Source: Candidatus Poribacteria bacterium (lineage in GTDB: Bacteria; Poribacteria; WGA-4E; WGA-3G). From it: a stretch of DNA of 64,000 bases. The stretch spans positions 2,176,001 through 2,240,000 of the forward strand of contig OZ251518.1 in NCBI GenBank assembly GCA_965242965.1, given 5' to 3'. Under the pieces are notes generated by a model, which worked only from the letters and a program-made list of their open reading frames with translations, did not search any database and was not told the origin of the DNA. Positions 49,085 through 59,300 of this stretch are shown here, in pieces; the stretch's first letter is position 1; each line of letters opens with the position of its first letter. A program made the translations under genes and the position numbers.

Positions 49085-50299
49085 TTGAAAAAAATAACTT
49101 ACACGTGCCTACTGCTTTTATGCATCACCCCGTTCGCCTTCGGACAAGGCTTGCCGATGGCGGTGCCGGAGGAACTCGGCATTTCAACCGAACGCCTCCA
49201 ACGCATCAAACCCGCCATGCAAGAATACGTCGATGAAGGCCACGCGCCCGGTTTCTTAACTGCCATCGCGCGGCACGGGAAAATCGTGCATTTTGAAACC
49301 GTCGGCCTGCGCGATATCGAAAATAGCAAACCCGTAGAACCGGATACAATCTTCCGCATCTACTCCATGTCAAAACCAATAACCAGTGTCGCCGCGATGA
49401 TGCTCTACGAGGAAGGACGCTTCCAATTGGATACGCCGGTTGCCGAATTCATCCCCGAATTTGAGAACATGAAGGCATACAACGAAGACCAGACGGAAAT
49501 CAGGGATGCCGAGAAACCGATAACCGTCAAGCATCTCCTGACGCACACCGCCGGGTTCACTTACGGCTGGGGCAACAAACCCGTTGACAAACTCTACGGG
49601 CAAGCGTCACTTCTTAAGTCTAGCAAAAACTTAACCGAGATGGTGCAAAATTTGGCACAAATCCCGCTCGTTCACGAACCCGGTGAAGAGTGGACTTACG
49701 GGGTCTCCACCGATGTGCTCGGTTATCTCGTTGAAGTCGCCGCCGAAATGCCGTTTGAGGAGTTCTTACAGACGCGGATTTTTCAGCCCCTCGGCATGGT
49801 AGACACCGGGTTTTCCGTGCCATCGGAAAAGACGCACAGGTTTGCGGCGTTGTATCGGTTCTCGAAAGAGGAGGGAATGAAACTAGGGCAGGCATCCCCT
49901 CTCACAAACGAGGAACTCAGTTTCTTCCCAGCGGGTGGTAGCGGACTTGTCTCCACCACGGCGGATTACCTGCGCTTTTCCCAAATGCTCCTTAACGGCG
50001 GCGAGTTGGACGGGGTGCGCATCTTAAGCAAAGAAACGGTGGAACTGATGCGGCAGCCACATCATCGATGGGGAAAAGGCGGCGGGTTCGGGCTCGGCTT
50101 TTCTGTCGTCATGGAGGTGAATCTGGAGAAGAGTCCCGTATCGGTGGGGAGTTTCAGTTGGGGTGGTGCCGCGGCGACTACCTTCTGGATCGATCCGGAA
50201 AAGGAGCTCATCGGCGTGTTGATGACGCAGCTGATGAATAATCCTCATCCTTTCCAGCATGAATTTAAGGTGTTGACGTATGAGGCTTTGATGGATTGA
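49085..50299 (+). CDS. Serine hydrolase, beta-lactamase/S12 family, with signal peptide
   Basis: FRIYSMSK (SxxK), LLTHTAG, WTYG, WGGAAAT.FWIDP. Confidence 0.92.
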   Translation: MKKITYTCLLLLCITPFAFGQGLPMAVPEELGISTERLQRIKPAMQEYVDEGHAPGFLTAIARHGKIVHFETVGLRDIENSKPVEPDTIFRIYSMSKPITSVAAMMLYEEGRFQLDTPVAEFIPEFENMKAYNEDQTEIRDAEKPITVKHLLTHTAGFTYGWGNKPVDKLYGQASLLKSSKNLTEMVQNLAQIPLVHEPGEEWTYGVSTDVLGYLVEVAAEMPFEEFLQTRIFQPLGMVDTGFSVPSEKTHRFAALYRFSKEEGMKLGQASPLTNEELSFFPAGGSGLVSTTADYLRFSQMLLNGGELDGVRILSKETVELMRQPHHRWGKGGGFGLGFSVVMEVNLEKSPVSVGSFSWGGAAATTFWIDPEKELIGVLMTQLMNNPHPFQHEFKVLTYEALMD

Positions 50300-50632
50300 A
50301 GGGGCATTACCGTAACCGAGGCCTGGCGAGGGACAGGCCCTCGCCCTACGCGGAGGAGCGGCACTATCCCTTACCGTAGCGCGGGGGCCTGTCCCCCGCG
50401 GTGCTACGATGGACCCAGCCCCCTCTGTAGTTCGGGATCGCCCGATCCCGAACGGGGCAGGATCAGGCGATCCTGCCCTACAGAGGGGATGCGGTCTGCC
50501 AGCCAAACGCCCGGCGAGGGACAGGCCCTCGCCCTACGGATTGAAGAAGCACTGCCCCGCGAAACTTCCCTTGACTTAAAATCCGCTATCAAATAAAATA
50601 AACGCATACAGACCAAAACATTAGGAGGCACC

Positions 50633-51811
50633 ATGACAATATGCCACGGACTCCCGCGCGCCATTCCCGAAGAAGTAGGAATGTCAGCAGCGCGGTTAAA
50701 ACGCATCGCCCCGGTGATGCAACGCCACATCGACGAAGGAACCATCTCCGGCGCGTTAACCATGATAGCGCGCGAAGGAAAACTCGTCCATTTTGAGAAA
50801 CTCGGCATGCGCGACATCGCCGCAGCGAAACCGATGGAATTTGATACCATCTTCCGCATCTATTCCATGACGAAGCCGATTACCAGCGTCGCCGTGATGA
50901 TGCTTTACGAAGAAGGGCATTTCCAACTGAACGCGCCGATATCCGAATTCATTCCCGCCTTCAAAGACATGAAGGTTTACAGCGAAGATCAGACGGAAAT
51001 TGTCGATGCTGAGCCCGAGATGACGATAAAGCATCTGCTCACGCATACCGCCGGGCTCATCTACGGCGGTGATAGTGGTAGCCCGATTGATCTGGCGTAT
51101 CAAGACGCGAATTTCTTCGATGCAACGCTTGAATCAATGGCGCAGAGACTGGGAGCCATTCCGCTGCTGCACCACCCCGGTGCGGCATGGACTTACGGCA
51201 TGTCCACCGATGTGCTAGGATACCTTGTGGAAGTCGTGTCCGGGATGCCGTTTGAAACCTTCTTGCAGACGCGCATTTTCGAGCCGATGGGAATGGTAGA
51301 CACCGGCTTCTCTGTGCCAGAAGAAAACGCAGACCGGTATGCCACACTCTATGAACAAACTGAAAACGGCGGCATTCAGGTGGTAGAGCAAGCACCGGTT
51401 TCAACGGGTCCGCTGAGTTTCCCGCCATCAGGTGGTGGAGGACTTCAGTCAACCGCCGCCGATTACCTGCGCTTCTGCCAGATGTTGCTCAACAACGGCG
51501 AACTTGACGGCGAACGCCTCCTCGGTTCAAAGACGGTGGAGCTCATGCGGATAAATCATGTTGACGATGCTTGGCAGCCGTTGGAGAGAGAGGGGTGCGG
51601 TTTCGGGCTTGGGTTCGCGGTCGTCACAGACCTGGCGGAGACACATGCCCTCGGTTCGGAAGGCACTTTTAGTTGGGGCGGTTTGGCACGGACAACGTTT
51701 TGGATCGATCCGGTGGAAGAGCTCATCGCCGTATTCATGACGCAGCTCCTCGGCGATGCGCAGTTCCACGCGCAGTTCCGGGTGCTGACGTATCAGGCGA
51801 TTATTGATTAA
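50633..51811 (+). CDS. Serine hydrolase paralog, no evident signal peptide
   Basis: FRIYSMTK, LLTHTAG, WTYG, WGGLART.FWIDP. Confidence 0.92.
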   Translation: MTICHGLPRAIPEEVGMSAARLKRIAPVMQRHIDEGTISGALTMIAREGKLVHFEKLGMRDIAAAKPMEFDTIFRIYSMTKPITSVAVMMLYEEGHFQLNAPISEFIPAFKDMKVYSEDQTEIVDAEPEMTIKHLLTHTAGLIYGGDSGSPIDLAYQDANFFDATLESMAQRLGAIPLLHHPGAAWTYGMSTDVLGYLVEVVSGMPFETFLQTRIFEPMGMVDTGFSVPEENADRYATLYEQTENGGIQVVEQAPVSTGPLSFPPSGGGGLQSTAADYLRFCQMLLNNGELDGERLLGSKTVELMRINHVDDAWQPLEREGCGFGLGFAVVTDLAETHALGSEGTFSWGGLARTTFWIDPVEELIAVFMTQLLGDAQFHAQFRVLTYQAIID

Positions 51812-51817
51812 TTGAAA

Positions 51818-52290
51818 GATCGCGGGGGACAGGCCCCCGCGCTACGGTGAAGGGGGGTATCCCGCGCGACGTAGGGCGAGGGCCTGTCCCTCGCCATGCC
51901 AAGAAGAGAGGGCGATTTTGATTCATTAAACGATCGCGGGGGACAGGCCCCCGCGCTACGCGGAAGGGATAATGCCTCTTCAATCCGTAGGGCGAGGGCC
52001 TGTCCCTCGCCATGCCAAACGGAAAAAAATTGATTCATTAAACGATCGCGGGGGACAGGCCCCCGCGCTACGGTAGAAGAACGGTCTCCGCGCATCGTAG
52101 GGCGAGGGCCTGTCCCTCGCCATGCCAAACGGAAAGAGAAATTGATTAATGGAACGATCGCGGGGGACAGGCCCCCGCGCTACGCGGAAGGGATAATGCC
52201 TCTTCAATCCGTAGGGCGAGGGCCTGTCCCTCGCCATGCCAAACGTACCCCGCGTTACGTAGGGCGAGGGCCTGTCCCTCGCCATGCACA
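51818..52290. repeat. BIME-like regular array of alternating inverted REP pairs (4 units of ~115-120 bp)
   Basis: [GATCGCGGGGGACAGGCCCCCGCGCTACG]-linker-[CGTAGGGCGAGGGCCTGTCCCTCGCCATGCCAA]-linker x4, plus one extra REP. Confidence 0.9.
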
Positions 52291-52314
52291 GCATAAGAAA
52301 AAAGGAAACTCATC

Positions 52315-52932
52315 ATGCACATCGCAGTTGTCACCGGCGAACACGGATTCCAAGAGAAACAGTTCGACGCGGTTTTTGAGAGCATGGACGGTGTCCAATT
52401 CGTTCGCGAAGATTTAGATGTCTTTGTCGATGACCCGGGCCAGAAGGACTACGACACCGTCGTCTTTTACAATTTTCATCGTCCCTACCCGACAGAAGCA
52501 CAGGCGGATGCCATCCTCGGCTTGACAGAACGCGGGCAAGGCATCGTCATTCTGCATCACGCCATCCTCGCGTTTCCGGAATGGGATGTCTATTCCGATA
52601 TGTGCGGAATTGCCGACAGAGGTTTCGGATACCATCCGCGGCAGACGCTTGATGTGCATGTCGCTGACACAACGCATCCCATCACCGCGGGGATGACGGA
52701 CTGGGAGATGGGCGACGAGACTTACACGATGGATTCGGCAGGCGACGATAGCGATATCCTGCTGACAGTGACGCATCCGAATAGCATGGAGGTGCTCGGC
52801 TGGGCGCGAGAATACGGCAACTCCCGTATTTTTTGTCTCCAAAGCGGCCACGACGATGTCACCTTCTCCAATCCGAACTTCCGCGAAGTGCTCAAACGCG
52901 GCATTCAGTGGGCAGGCAGGGATAAGCAATGA
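52315..52932 (+). CDS. ThuA-like (class I glutamine amidotransferase-like) domain protein
   Basis: VVTGEH, GIVILHHA, HPIT, DETY, W.R.YG.SRIF..QSGHD. Confidence 0.85.
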   Translation: MHIAVVTGEHGFQEKQFDAVFESMDGVQFVREDLDVFVDDPGQKDYDTVVFYNFHRPYPTEAQADAILGLTERGQGIVILHHAILAFPEWDVYSDMCGIADRGFGYHPRQTLDVHVADTTHPITAGMTDWEMGDETYTMDSAGDDSDILLTVTHPNSMEVLGWAREYGNSRIFCLQSGHDDVTFSNPNFREVLKRGIQWAGRDKQ

Positions 52933-53042
52933 AGCCAATGAAGCATCTGTTAGGTTTACGCCTCCTCTTCGCAACGCTTATTGCACTCGCCCCGGTAGGC
53001 GGGATTTGTAACCCCGCGCCTGTCGCCAATACAGAGGAAACT

Positions 53043-53999
53043 ATGGAGCACACAATGTATTCAGTCAGCGACAAAATCGTCGATGGGTTTCACGTTTACG
53101 CCTTACAGCAGGACGAAACCACCGTCGCCGAAATCGTCCCCGCGCTCGGAAATAACTGCTACGCCTTCCGAGTTGCCGGGCGCGTCTTAATAGATGAACC
53201 GCCCGATCTGGCGACGTTGCAAGAACGTCCCACCGCCTACGGAAACCCTATATTGTTTCCGTTTCCAAACCGCATCCGCGATGGCAGCTGGACGTTTGAA
53301 GGCGAAACCTATCAGTTTGACAAACCGCCCGATGCACCGACGACTATCCACGGGTTGTTGCTCAACCGTCCCTATCATGTCCAACGTCACGCAGCAGACG
53401 AAAACGGCGCGACGCTTGTCTGCACGCTCAATTCGCACGATGTGCCAGATATTGGCAGACAGTATCCGTTTCCGTTTCACATTGAGATAACGTATACCCT
53501 CAAAGATTCCGTGTTGACGATGGGCGTTTCTATCAAAAACACCGGCAAAGGGAACATGCCGATGGGGTTCGGCATCCACCCCTATTTTCGCGTCGCGAAT
53601 CCATCGCAAGCGAAAATCACCGTGCCCGCCGCGAAATACTGGGAACTTGACGATGTGCTAGTCCCCACAGGAAAACAACTTCCTGTCGCCGGAGCCTTGG
53701 ATTTGCGGGATGGAAAGCCGTTCGTCGGATTAAAGTTGGACCACGTTTTCACAGACGTGCAATTGACAGACGGTGTAAGCCGATGCATCATCGGGAATGA
53801 ATTGGTGATGGAATCGGATGCCATCTTCAGAGAACTCGTCGTCTATACACCACCGGGAAGGGATGCCATCTGTTTTGAACCGTATACCTGCCCGACAGAC
53901 GCGATTAATTTGGAGGCGAAAGGCATTCCTGCTGGTATCATTGTGCTGTCACCGGAAGAAACTTTCGCCGCTACCGTTCGGATTCTGCGCGTTCGGTAG
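53043..53999 (+). CDS. Aldose 1-epimerase family protein
   Basis: LFPFPNRI, IHGL, GIHPYF, LDHVF, ICFEPYT; start 53043 after GAGGA, alternative 52929 would add a signal-like segment. Confidence 0.88.
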   Translation: MEHTMYSVSDKIVDGFHVYALQQDETTVAEIVPALGNNCYAFRVAGRVLIDEPPDLATLQERPTAYGNPILFPFPNRIRDGSWTFEGETYQFDKPPDAPTTIHGLLLNRPYHVQRHAADENGATLVCTLNSHDVPDIGRQYPFPFHIEITYTLKDSVLTMGVSIKNTGKGNMPMGFGIHPYFRVANPSQAKITVPAAKYWELDDVLVPTGKQLPVAGALDLRDGKPFVGLKLDHVFTDVQLTDGVSRCIIGNELVMESDAIFRELVVYTPPGRDAICFEPYTCPTDAINLEAKGIPAGIIVLSPEETFAATVRILRVR

Positions 54000-54580
54000 G
54001 AGAGCCCTCCTGGTTTTGATTTTTCAACATATCGGGACAAGGATGTCCCTCCTACCCAAAACGATGTTCCCCGTAGGAGAGACCTCCTGGTCTCGATGCA
54101 TTCCCGTAGGAGAGACCTCCCGGTCTCGATGTTCCCGTAGCGCGGGGGCCTGTCCCCCGCGCGCGTTGGGATACGCGAGCAATGGCGAGGGACAGGCCCT
54201 CGCCCTACGGTGAGGGGTGGTGTGTTTATCGTAGCGCGGGGGCCCTCGGATGCCAGACGCGCATCCGAGAGGGTTTCCCCCGCGATCTCATCGTCACGAT
54301 GTGTGTTTCCGCCTCTGTAGTTTGTGATCGCCTGATCACAAACAGGTCAGGATCTGGCGATCCTGACCTACAGAGCCTGGCGCACGCACGCTGGCGAGGG
54401 ACAGGCCCTCGTCCTACGGTGAAGGGGTGGTGTTTTTATCGTAGTAGGAGGGACATCCTTGTCCCGATACGCACAGCAACAAAACGCATCGAGACCCGGA
54501 GGTCTCGCCTACTGGGGGCATCGAGACCCGGAGGTCTCGCCTACTGGGGGCATCGAGACCCGGAGGTCTCGCCTACCGAA
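53995..54580. repeat. REP cluster
   Basis: Multiple families, ending in three tandem GCATCGAGACCCGGAGGTCTCGCCTAC. Confidence 0.9.
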
Positions 54581-54645
54581 CGCTGGGTTGACATCCATCG
54601 CGGATTTGTGGTATCCTATAAACTATAGAGAGGAGGAAACCCAAA

Positions 54646-55269
54646 ATGGCATTTAGCGATTTCAAGTCTGTCGATGAAGCCCTAGAAAATTTCAAGATTA
54701 CCTTCACGTGGGGTGACTTCATCGAAAGCATCAAAAGCGAAGAGTCAACGCCGCCGGCACATTTGCTGCACGACTTTGAGTTTGCACAAGAGCACATTGA
54801 TGTTTTCGCCTCCGACTCGGCGCGGTGTCACGCGCTCATTTACCCGGTTTTATGGGAGTGCTATAAGGCATACGCTAAGGATTACGCGCTCTGGATTGGC
54901 AAGTCTATCACTTACGATGAGATGTTGACAGGCACACCGGACTACTTCGTCTCTACGCGCTCAGAGTTTGGTGTTCCTGTTGTTGGGACACCGCTCATTC
55001 TGCTTGTTGAAGCCAAGCGGAACGATTTTGTCCTCGGTTGGGGGCAATGTCTCGCAGAGCTGGTCGCGGCGCAAAAAATCAATGGCGATGCAAGTGAGCC
55101 GGTGTATGGCATTGTCAGCGATGGAGAGCAGTGGCAATTTGGCCGGCTCGTCGGCGATGTCTTTACCCGCAATAGAACGCGCTATACGTCGGATAGTTTG
55201 CCGCGCCTCTTCGGTGCGGTTGAAGCCGTGTTCAGAAGCGCGACGGGGAATAGCAACGGGAGTGTCTGA
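54646..55269 (+). CDS. Hypothetical PD-(D/E)xK nuclease-like protein
   Basis: GTPDY...LVEAK...GWGQCLAEL...YGIVSDGEQWQF; own promoter-like TTGACA-18-TATCCT and GGAGG RBS. Confidence 0.7.
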   Translation: MAFSDFKSVDEALENFKITFTWGDFIESIKSEESTPPAHLLHDFEFAQEHIDVFASDSARCHALIYPVLWECYKAYAKDYALWIGKSITYDEMLTGTPDYFVSTRSEFGVPVVGTPLILLVEAKRNDFVLGWGQCLAELVAAQKINGDASEPVYGIVSDGEQWQFGRLVGDVFTRNRTRYTSDSLPRLFGAVEAVFRSATGNSNGSV

Positions 55270-55326
55270 ACCGATTCTGTTTTTCGTTGTGCATCTTGTT
55301 CTAGTCAAATGAATTCCGCATAAGCC

Positions 55327-56304
55327 ATGAAAAACATCACATTTTTCTTTATTTTCCTCTTACTCATCTACGCGCAACCGTCCTCCGCTATCCGCGAAGG
55401 CACGGCGAACGCCGCCATTTTCATCAAGCAGTATGAACAGCGCGGCGAGTGGGACAAAGTCGCACTCTGGCACGAAGCCGCAGCGGAATGCCTGATTCGC
55501 ATCTCTATCCCGATGAACGAGATCGCGCATGCCTATTACACACGCCGTGGACACGAGAAATGGGCGGCGCGTGCGAAGAAAGAACGCGCGGAGATTCAGG
55601 CGCAACGTCAGTCGCTCATGAACCGTGCGGAGAATGCATGGGAAAAATCGGGAGTAATGGCTACCGAGCGGCGGGGACAGGCACGCGCCCTACGGGATGC
55701 CAATAGTTTGTCGCGTTTACAAGCAGAACGTGAAAAAATCTCTCAATTTATCGCGACGTGGGCACCGCACTATCCCGATAGATTCTACGATTTCGGCATC
55801 TATCCGACCTTTTTTAGGGAACAACGCGAGCGCGCGGCGCAGAAAAAGGATTACGTCAAAGTCCTACAACTTGAGGCAGACGCGGCGGAGATGTGCGCGG
55901 CGCAGTATGAAAAAATCCCCCTCGCTCTCGGGTTGAAACGTTATGAAAAGGTCCGAGATGCCTATCGTCAGCATGCGATGCTACTCCGCGCGCTCGCAAA
56001 GCAAAACCCGAAACTGACAGCCCTTTGCCTCAAAAATGTTGCGGAACGCTCCATTAACCCACTGGCTACTGTTTCCAATGGCGCAAAAACAGACGTAATG
56101 CTTCAGACTGCCAGATCTGATCAGCGCGTGCAAAAGGCTCTCGAAAATAAAAATGGCATTCACGAATACGTCTGGTTTCAAGGGTTTGCTTGGACGGTAA
56201 GTTTCTATAACCACAGCCAGGGAAATCTCGCCATCGCCATTATTGATGACAAAACGGGAAAAGTAGTTGACGTGTTGATTCAGGTAGGTTCACCTGAAAA
56301 TTGA
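55327..56304 (+). CDS. Hypothetical secreted helical protein
   Basis: Signal peptide; internal repeat EAAAEC / ADAAEMC; in-frame REP remnant. Confidence 0.7.
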   Translation: MKNITFFFIFLLLIYAQPSSAIREGTANAAIFIKQYEQRGEWDKVALWHEAAAECLIRISIPMNEIAHAYYTRRGHEKWAARAKKERAEIQAQRQSLMNRAENAWEKSGVMATERRGQARALRDANSLSRLQAEREKISQFIATWAPHYPDRFYDFGIYPTFFREQRERAAQKKDYVKVLQLEADAAEMCAAQYEKIPLALGLKRYEKVRDAYRQHAMLLRALAKQNPKLTALCLKNVAERSINPLATVSNGAKTDVMLQTARSDQRVQKALENKNGIHEYVWFQGFAWTVSFYNHSQGNLAIAIIDDKTGKVVDVLIQVGSPEN

Positions 56305-59300
56305 AAAGCATTGCCTGTGGGAACGGGCAGATGAAGAGCGAAAAATATAGAGATATGAATGTGAAAATCCTCAGAAGCATCGCCCTCTTTTTTATCGCGT
56401 TCGGCGTGGAAGCAGCGCAACTCACTCCCGGCGAACTGCTCATCCGCTTGACTCCCGATGCTGCAAGGTTGCAAGCCAACGCGCCGATATCCGTGCTGCA
56501 CGCCGAGCACAAGGTGGAATCGCTGCAGCCGCTGTTTCCCTATCTGGCGCGCCCGGCACTCAATCCGAACCTCAGGCGCACCTATCTGCTGCGCTTCGCG
56601 CCTGACATAGATTTGGAGACAATCAAAGCCGTTTACGCCGAAAGTCCACTCGTTGAAGCAGTCGCGTTTAATTATCTCCGGCCAACGTTTCAAGAAACGC
56701 GGCGGCGGGAAGGAGAAGTGGTGAATCCAAATGACCCGAGGTATGCAGAGCAGTGGAACCTCCCGTTGACACGACTGCCACAGGCATGGGCAATTGAGAA
56801 AGGCAGCGCGAACGTCGTCATCGCCATCATCGATTCTGGCATCGATTATCGGCACGACGATTTGGCGGCGAAGACATGGGTGAACCCCGGCGAGGTGCCG
56901 GACAACGGACTTGACGACGACGGCAACGGTTACGTTGACGATGTGCATGGCTGGGATTTCACCGACGCGCCGAATGTGCAGGGTGAAGGCGATTTCATTG
57001 AAGGCGACAATGAACCTATCGATGAGTCCGGACACGGCACACATGTCGCCGGTATCGCCGGTGCGATGGCGGATAACGGCATCGGCATCGCCGGTGTGGC
57101 GTGGCATTGCCCCCTCATGCCGATTCGCGCCGGGCTCTCCCTCGGCGGCAGTTCGCGCATGCAAGACGATGACTCCGCCGCCGCTATCGTTTACGCCGCC
57201 GATAACGGTGCCAGCGTGATTAATATGAGCTGGGGAAGCGAGCAGGTATCCTTCGTTATCCAAGATGCTATTGATTACGCGCACGCCCGCGGTGTCGTGC
57301 TAGTCGGTGCCGCAGGAAATTCACAGAAAGCGGCCGCCATTTTCCCCGCCGCCTATCGGCAAGTCATCGCCGTTGCATCAACCGAACAGCATCAACAGCG
57401 GTTTTACCAATCAAACTTCGGTGCCTCCGTGGACATAGCCGCGCCGGGGAACGTCATCCTCAGCACACAAATTGACAACCAGTATCGCCTGCTGACTGGC
57501 ACCTCTATGGCTGCGCCGCACGTCGCGGGTGTCGCCGCGTTGATGCGCTCCAAGCGTCCCGCGCTCACGCATGAAGAAGTGCGGCAGATTCTGATTAATA
57601 CCGCCGATGTTGTCCTTCAAGAAGAGAGCGATACCCCAGACCCGAGATTTGTCGGTGCCGGCACCCTGAACGCCGAACGCGCGCTGTTAGCGAGCGGCGC
57701 GTTGCAAGCGCGCATCCTCTCTCCCGAAACGAATAGCGGCGGCTCCGACGCGATGCATATCATCGGCACCGCAGGCGGCTATCAGTTTGAATCGTGGCAA
57801 CTGCTTTATGCACAATCCACAGTCCCGGAGACCTTTACGCCGTTCACAGAACCCTCCTCTCAACAAAAAATCGAGGAAACATTGGCGGTGTGGGATACCA
57901 CTGCAATGCCGGAAGGCATCTATACCGTGCGACTGCAGGTTAACGCAAAAAACGGCACGAAAACGCAAGACCAGGTTGTCGTCGCGGTTGACAGGACACC
58001 GCCGCAGGTTACATCCCTCACGGCGACAGAAACGCTTTATGGAAACCGCTCGATTACCATTTTCACGTGGGCAACCGATGATGTCACTCGCAACACCCTC
58101 TATTATCGGCGCAAAAACCAACTCGCGCCATTCGCTTCCGTTGAGGAAAACGAACTCGGCAAGGAACATTTCATCTCTCTCGGCCTGACAAACGGCACTT
58201 ACCAATTTTACGTTGAAGCGCGAAATGCCATCGGTTTGACGGTAACCGAGAACAATCAAGGGCAATACTGGCCACTTGACGTTGTCGGCAGTGCCATCTC
58301 GCCGAACGGGTTTGACGATTTGTCCATCGGCGTGCCGCCTCTCCACATCGCCAGCGTCACCGCCGATTTTGATGGCGATGGCGCGCTGGAAATCGTCGGA
58401 AAACCGATGCAGGAGACAGGCATTGCGATTTATGAACGGAACCAAACCGGAAAATATCAAGAACGCGAAAGACAGGACATCGCGCTACACACGGGAGATG
58501 AAGCGTTCACGCCTTGGACAGTCAACGATACCGACAACGATGGACTGCTAGAAATCCTCGTCAGCGACAGCGATAGGACTTTTCTGCTTGAGAGCACCGC
58601 GCCCAACGGATACCCCGAAAACCTTATCTGGGAATCGCCTTTTCTTACCGGCGGCAGCATCGCCGATTTGGATGCAGATGGCAGGAAAGAGATTATTGGG
58701 GCAGACAATCGAAACGACCGGATTCTCATCTACGAGAATCGCGGAGATAACCTCTATGAAGAAATCGCGCAACTTGTCAACGAGACAGAAGGCGCGAACG
58801 TGTTCGGGCATCACTTCGCAATCGCCGATTTTGATGCAGATGGAAACCTGGAACTCGTCGCGGGCGATAGCGAAGGTGAACTCTTCGTCTATTCCGCCTT
58901 CGCAAACGACAGATTTCGCCTAGAATCGCAAATGCAATTGGATATGACTGGGGAAACTTTGCGAGGGACAGGCACGCAACCTACGGTATCAGGAGGGATA
59001 GAGGTGACGTTGTTAACTGCGGGAGACTTAACGGGGGATGGCATCCCAGAGTTCGTAGTCGGCGGCACGCAAGAATTCGCAGGTGTGCCTTCGGCGGCAC
59101 CCCTCTGGAAATTTTTCGTCTTTACGCACGCGCGCGGACAAAACGCGCTGAATACCGTGGCGCGCGTAGCCGCTCTCCCTGAAGCAGCGAACGGCTACGC
59201 GCCGCTCTGGGAGCAAGCAATAGTGCCCTATCGCCGAATCGGAAACGGGCTCCGCATCGCCGATGTAACAGGTGATGGCAATAAAGAGCTCGTCATCCTC

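Noticed and set aside
51818-52290. CRISPR array
   Set aside because: Repeats alternate in orientation, are the same REPs found throughout the window, linkers repeat, and no cas genes are present
52929-53042. Signal peptide with an in-frame REP (GTAGGCGGGATTTGTAACCCCGC) on the aldose epimerase
   Set aside because: Plausible but not counted as an in-frame insertion, because a good RBS precedes ATG 53043 and the segment may be untranslated
56280-57284. Long antisense ORFs (334 aa here; also 43728-44630, 57687-58460, 18716-19480)
   Set aside because: Shadow frames opposite well-supported genes in GC-rich DNA
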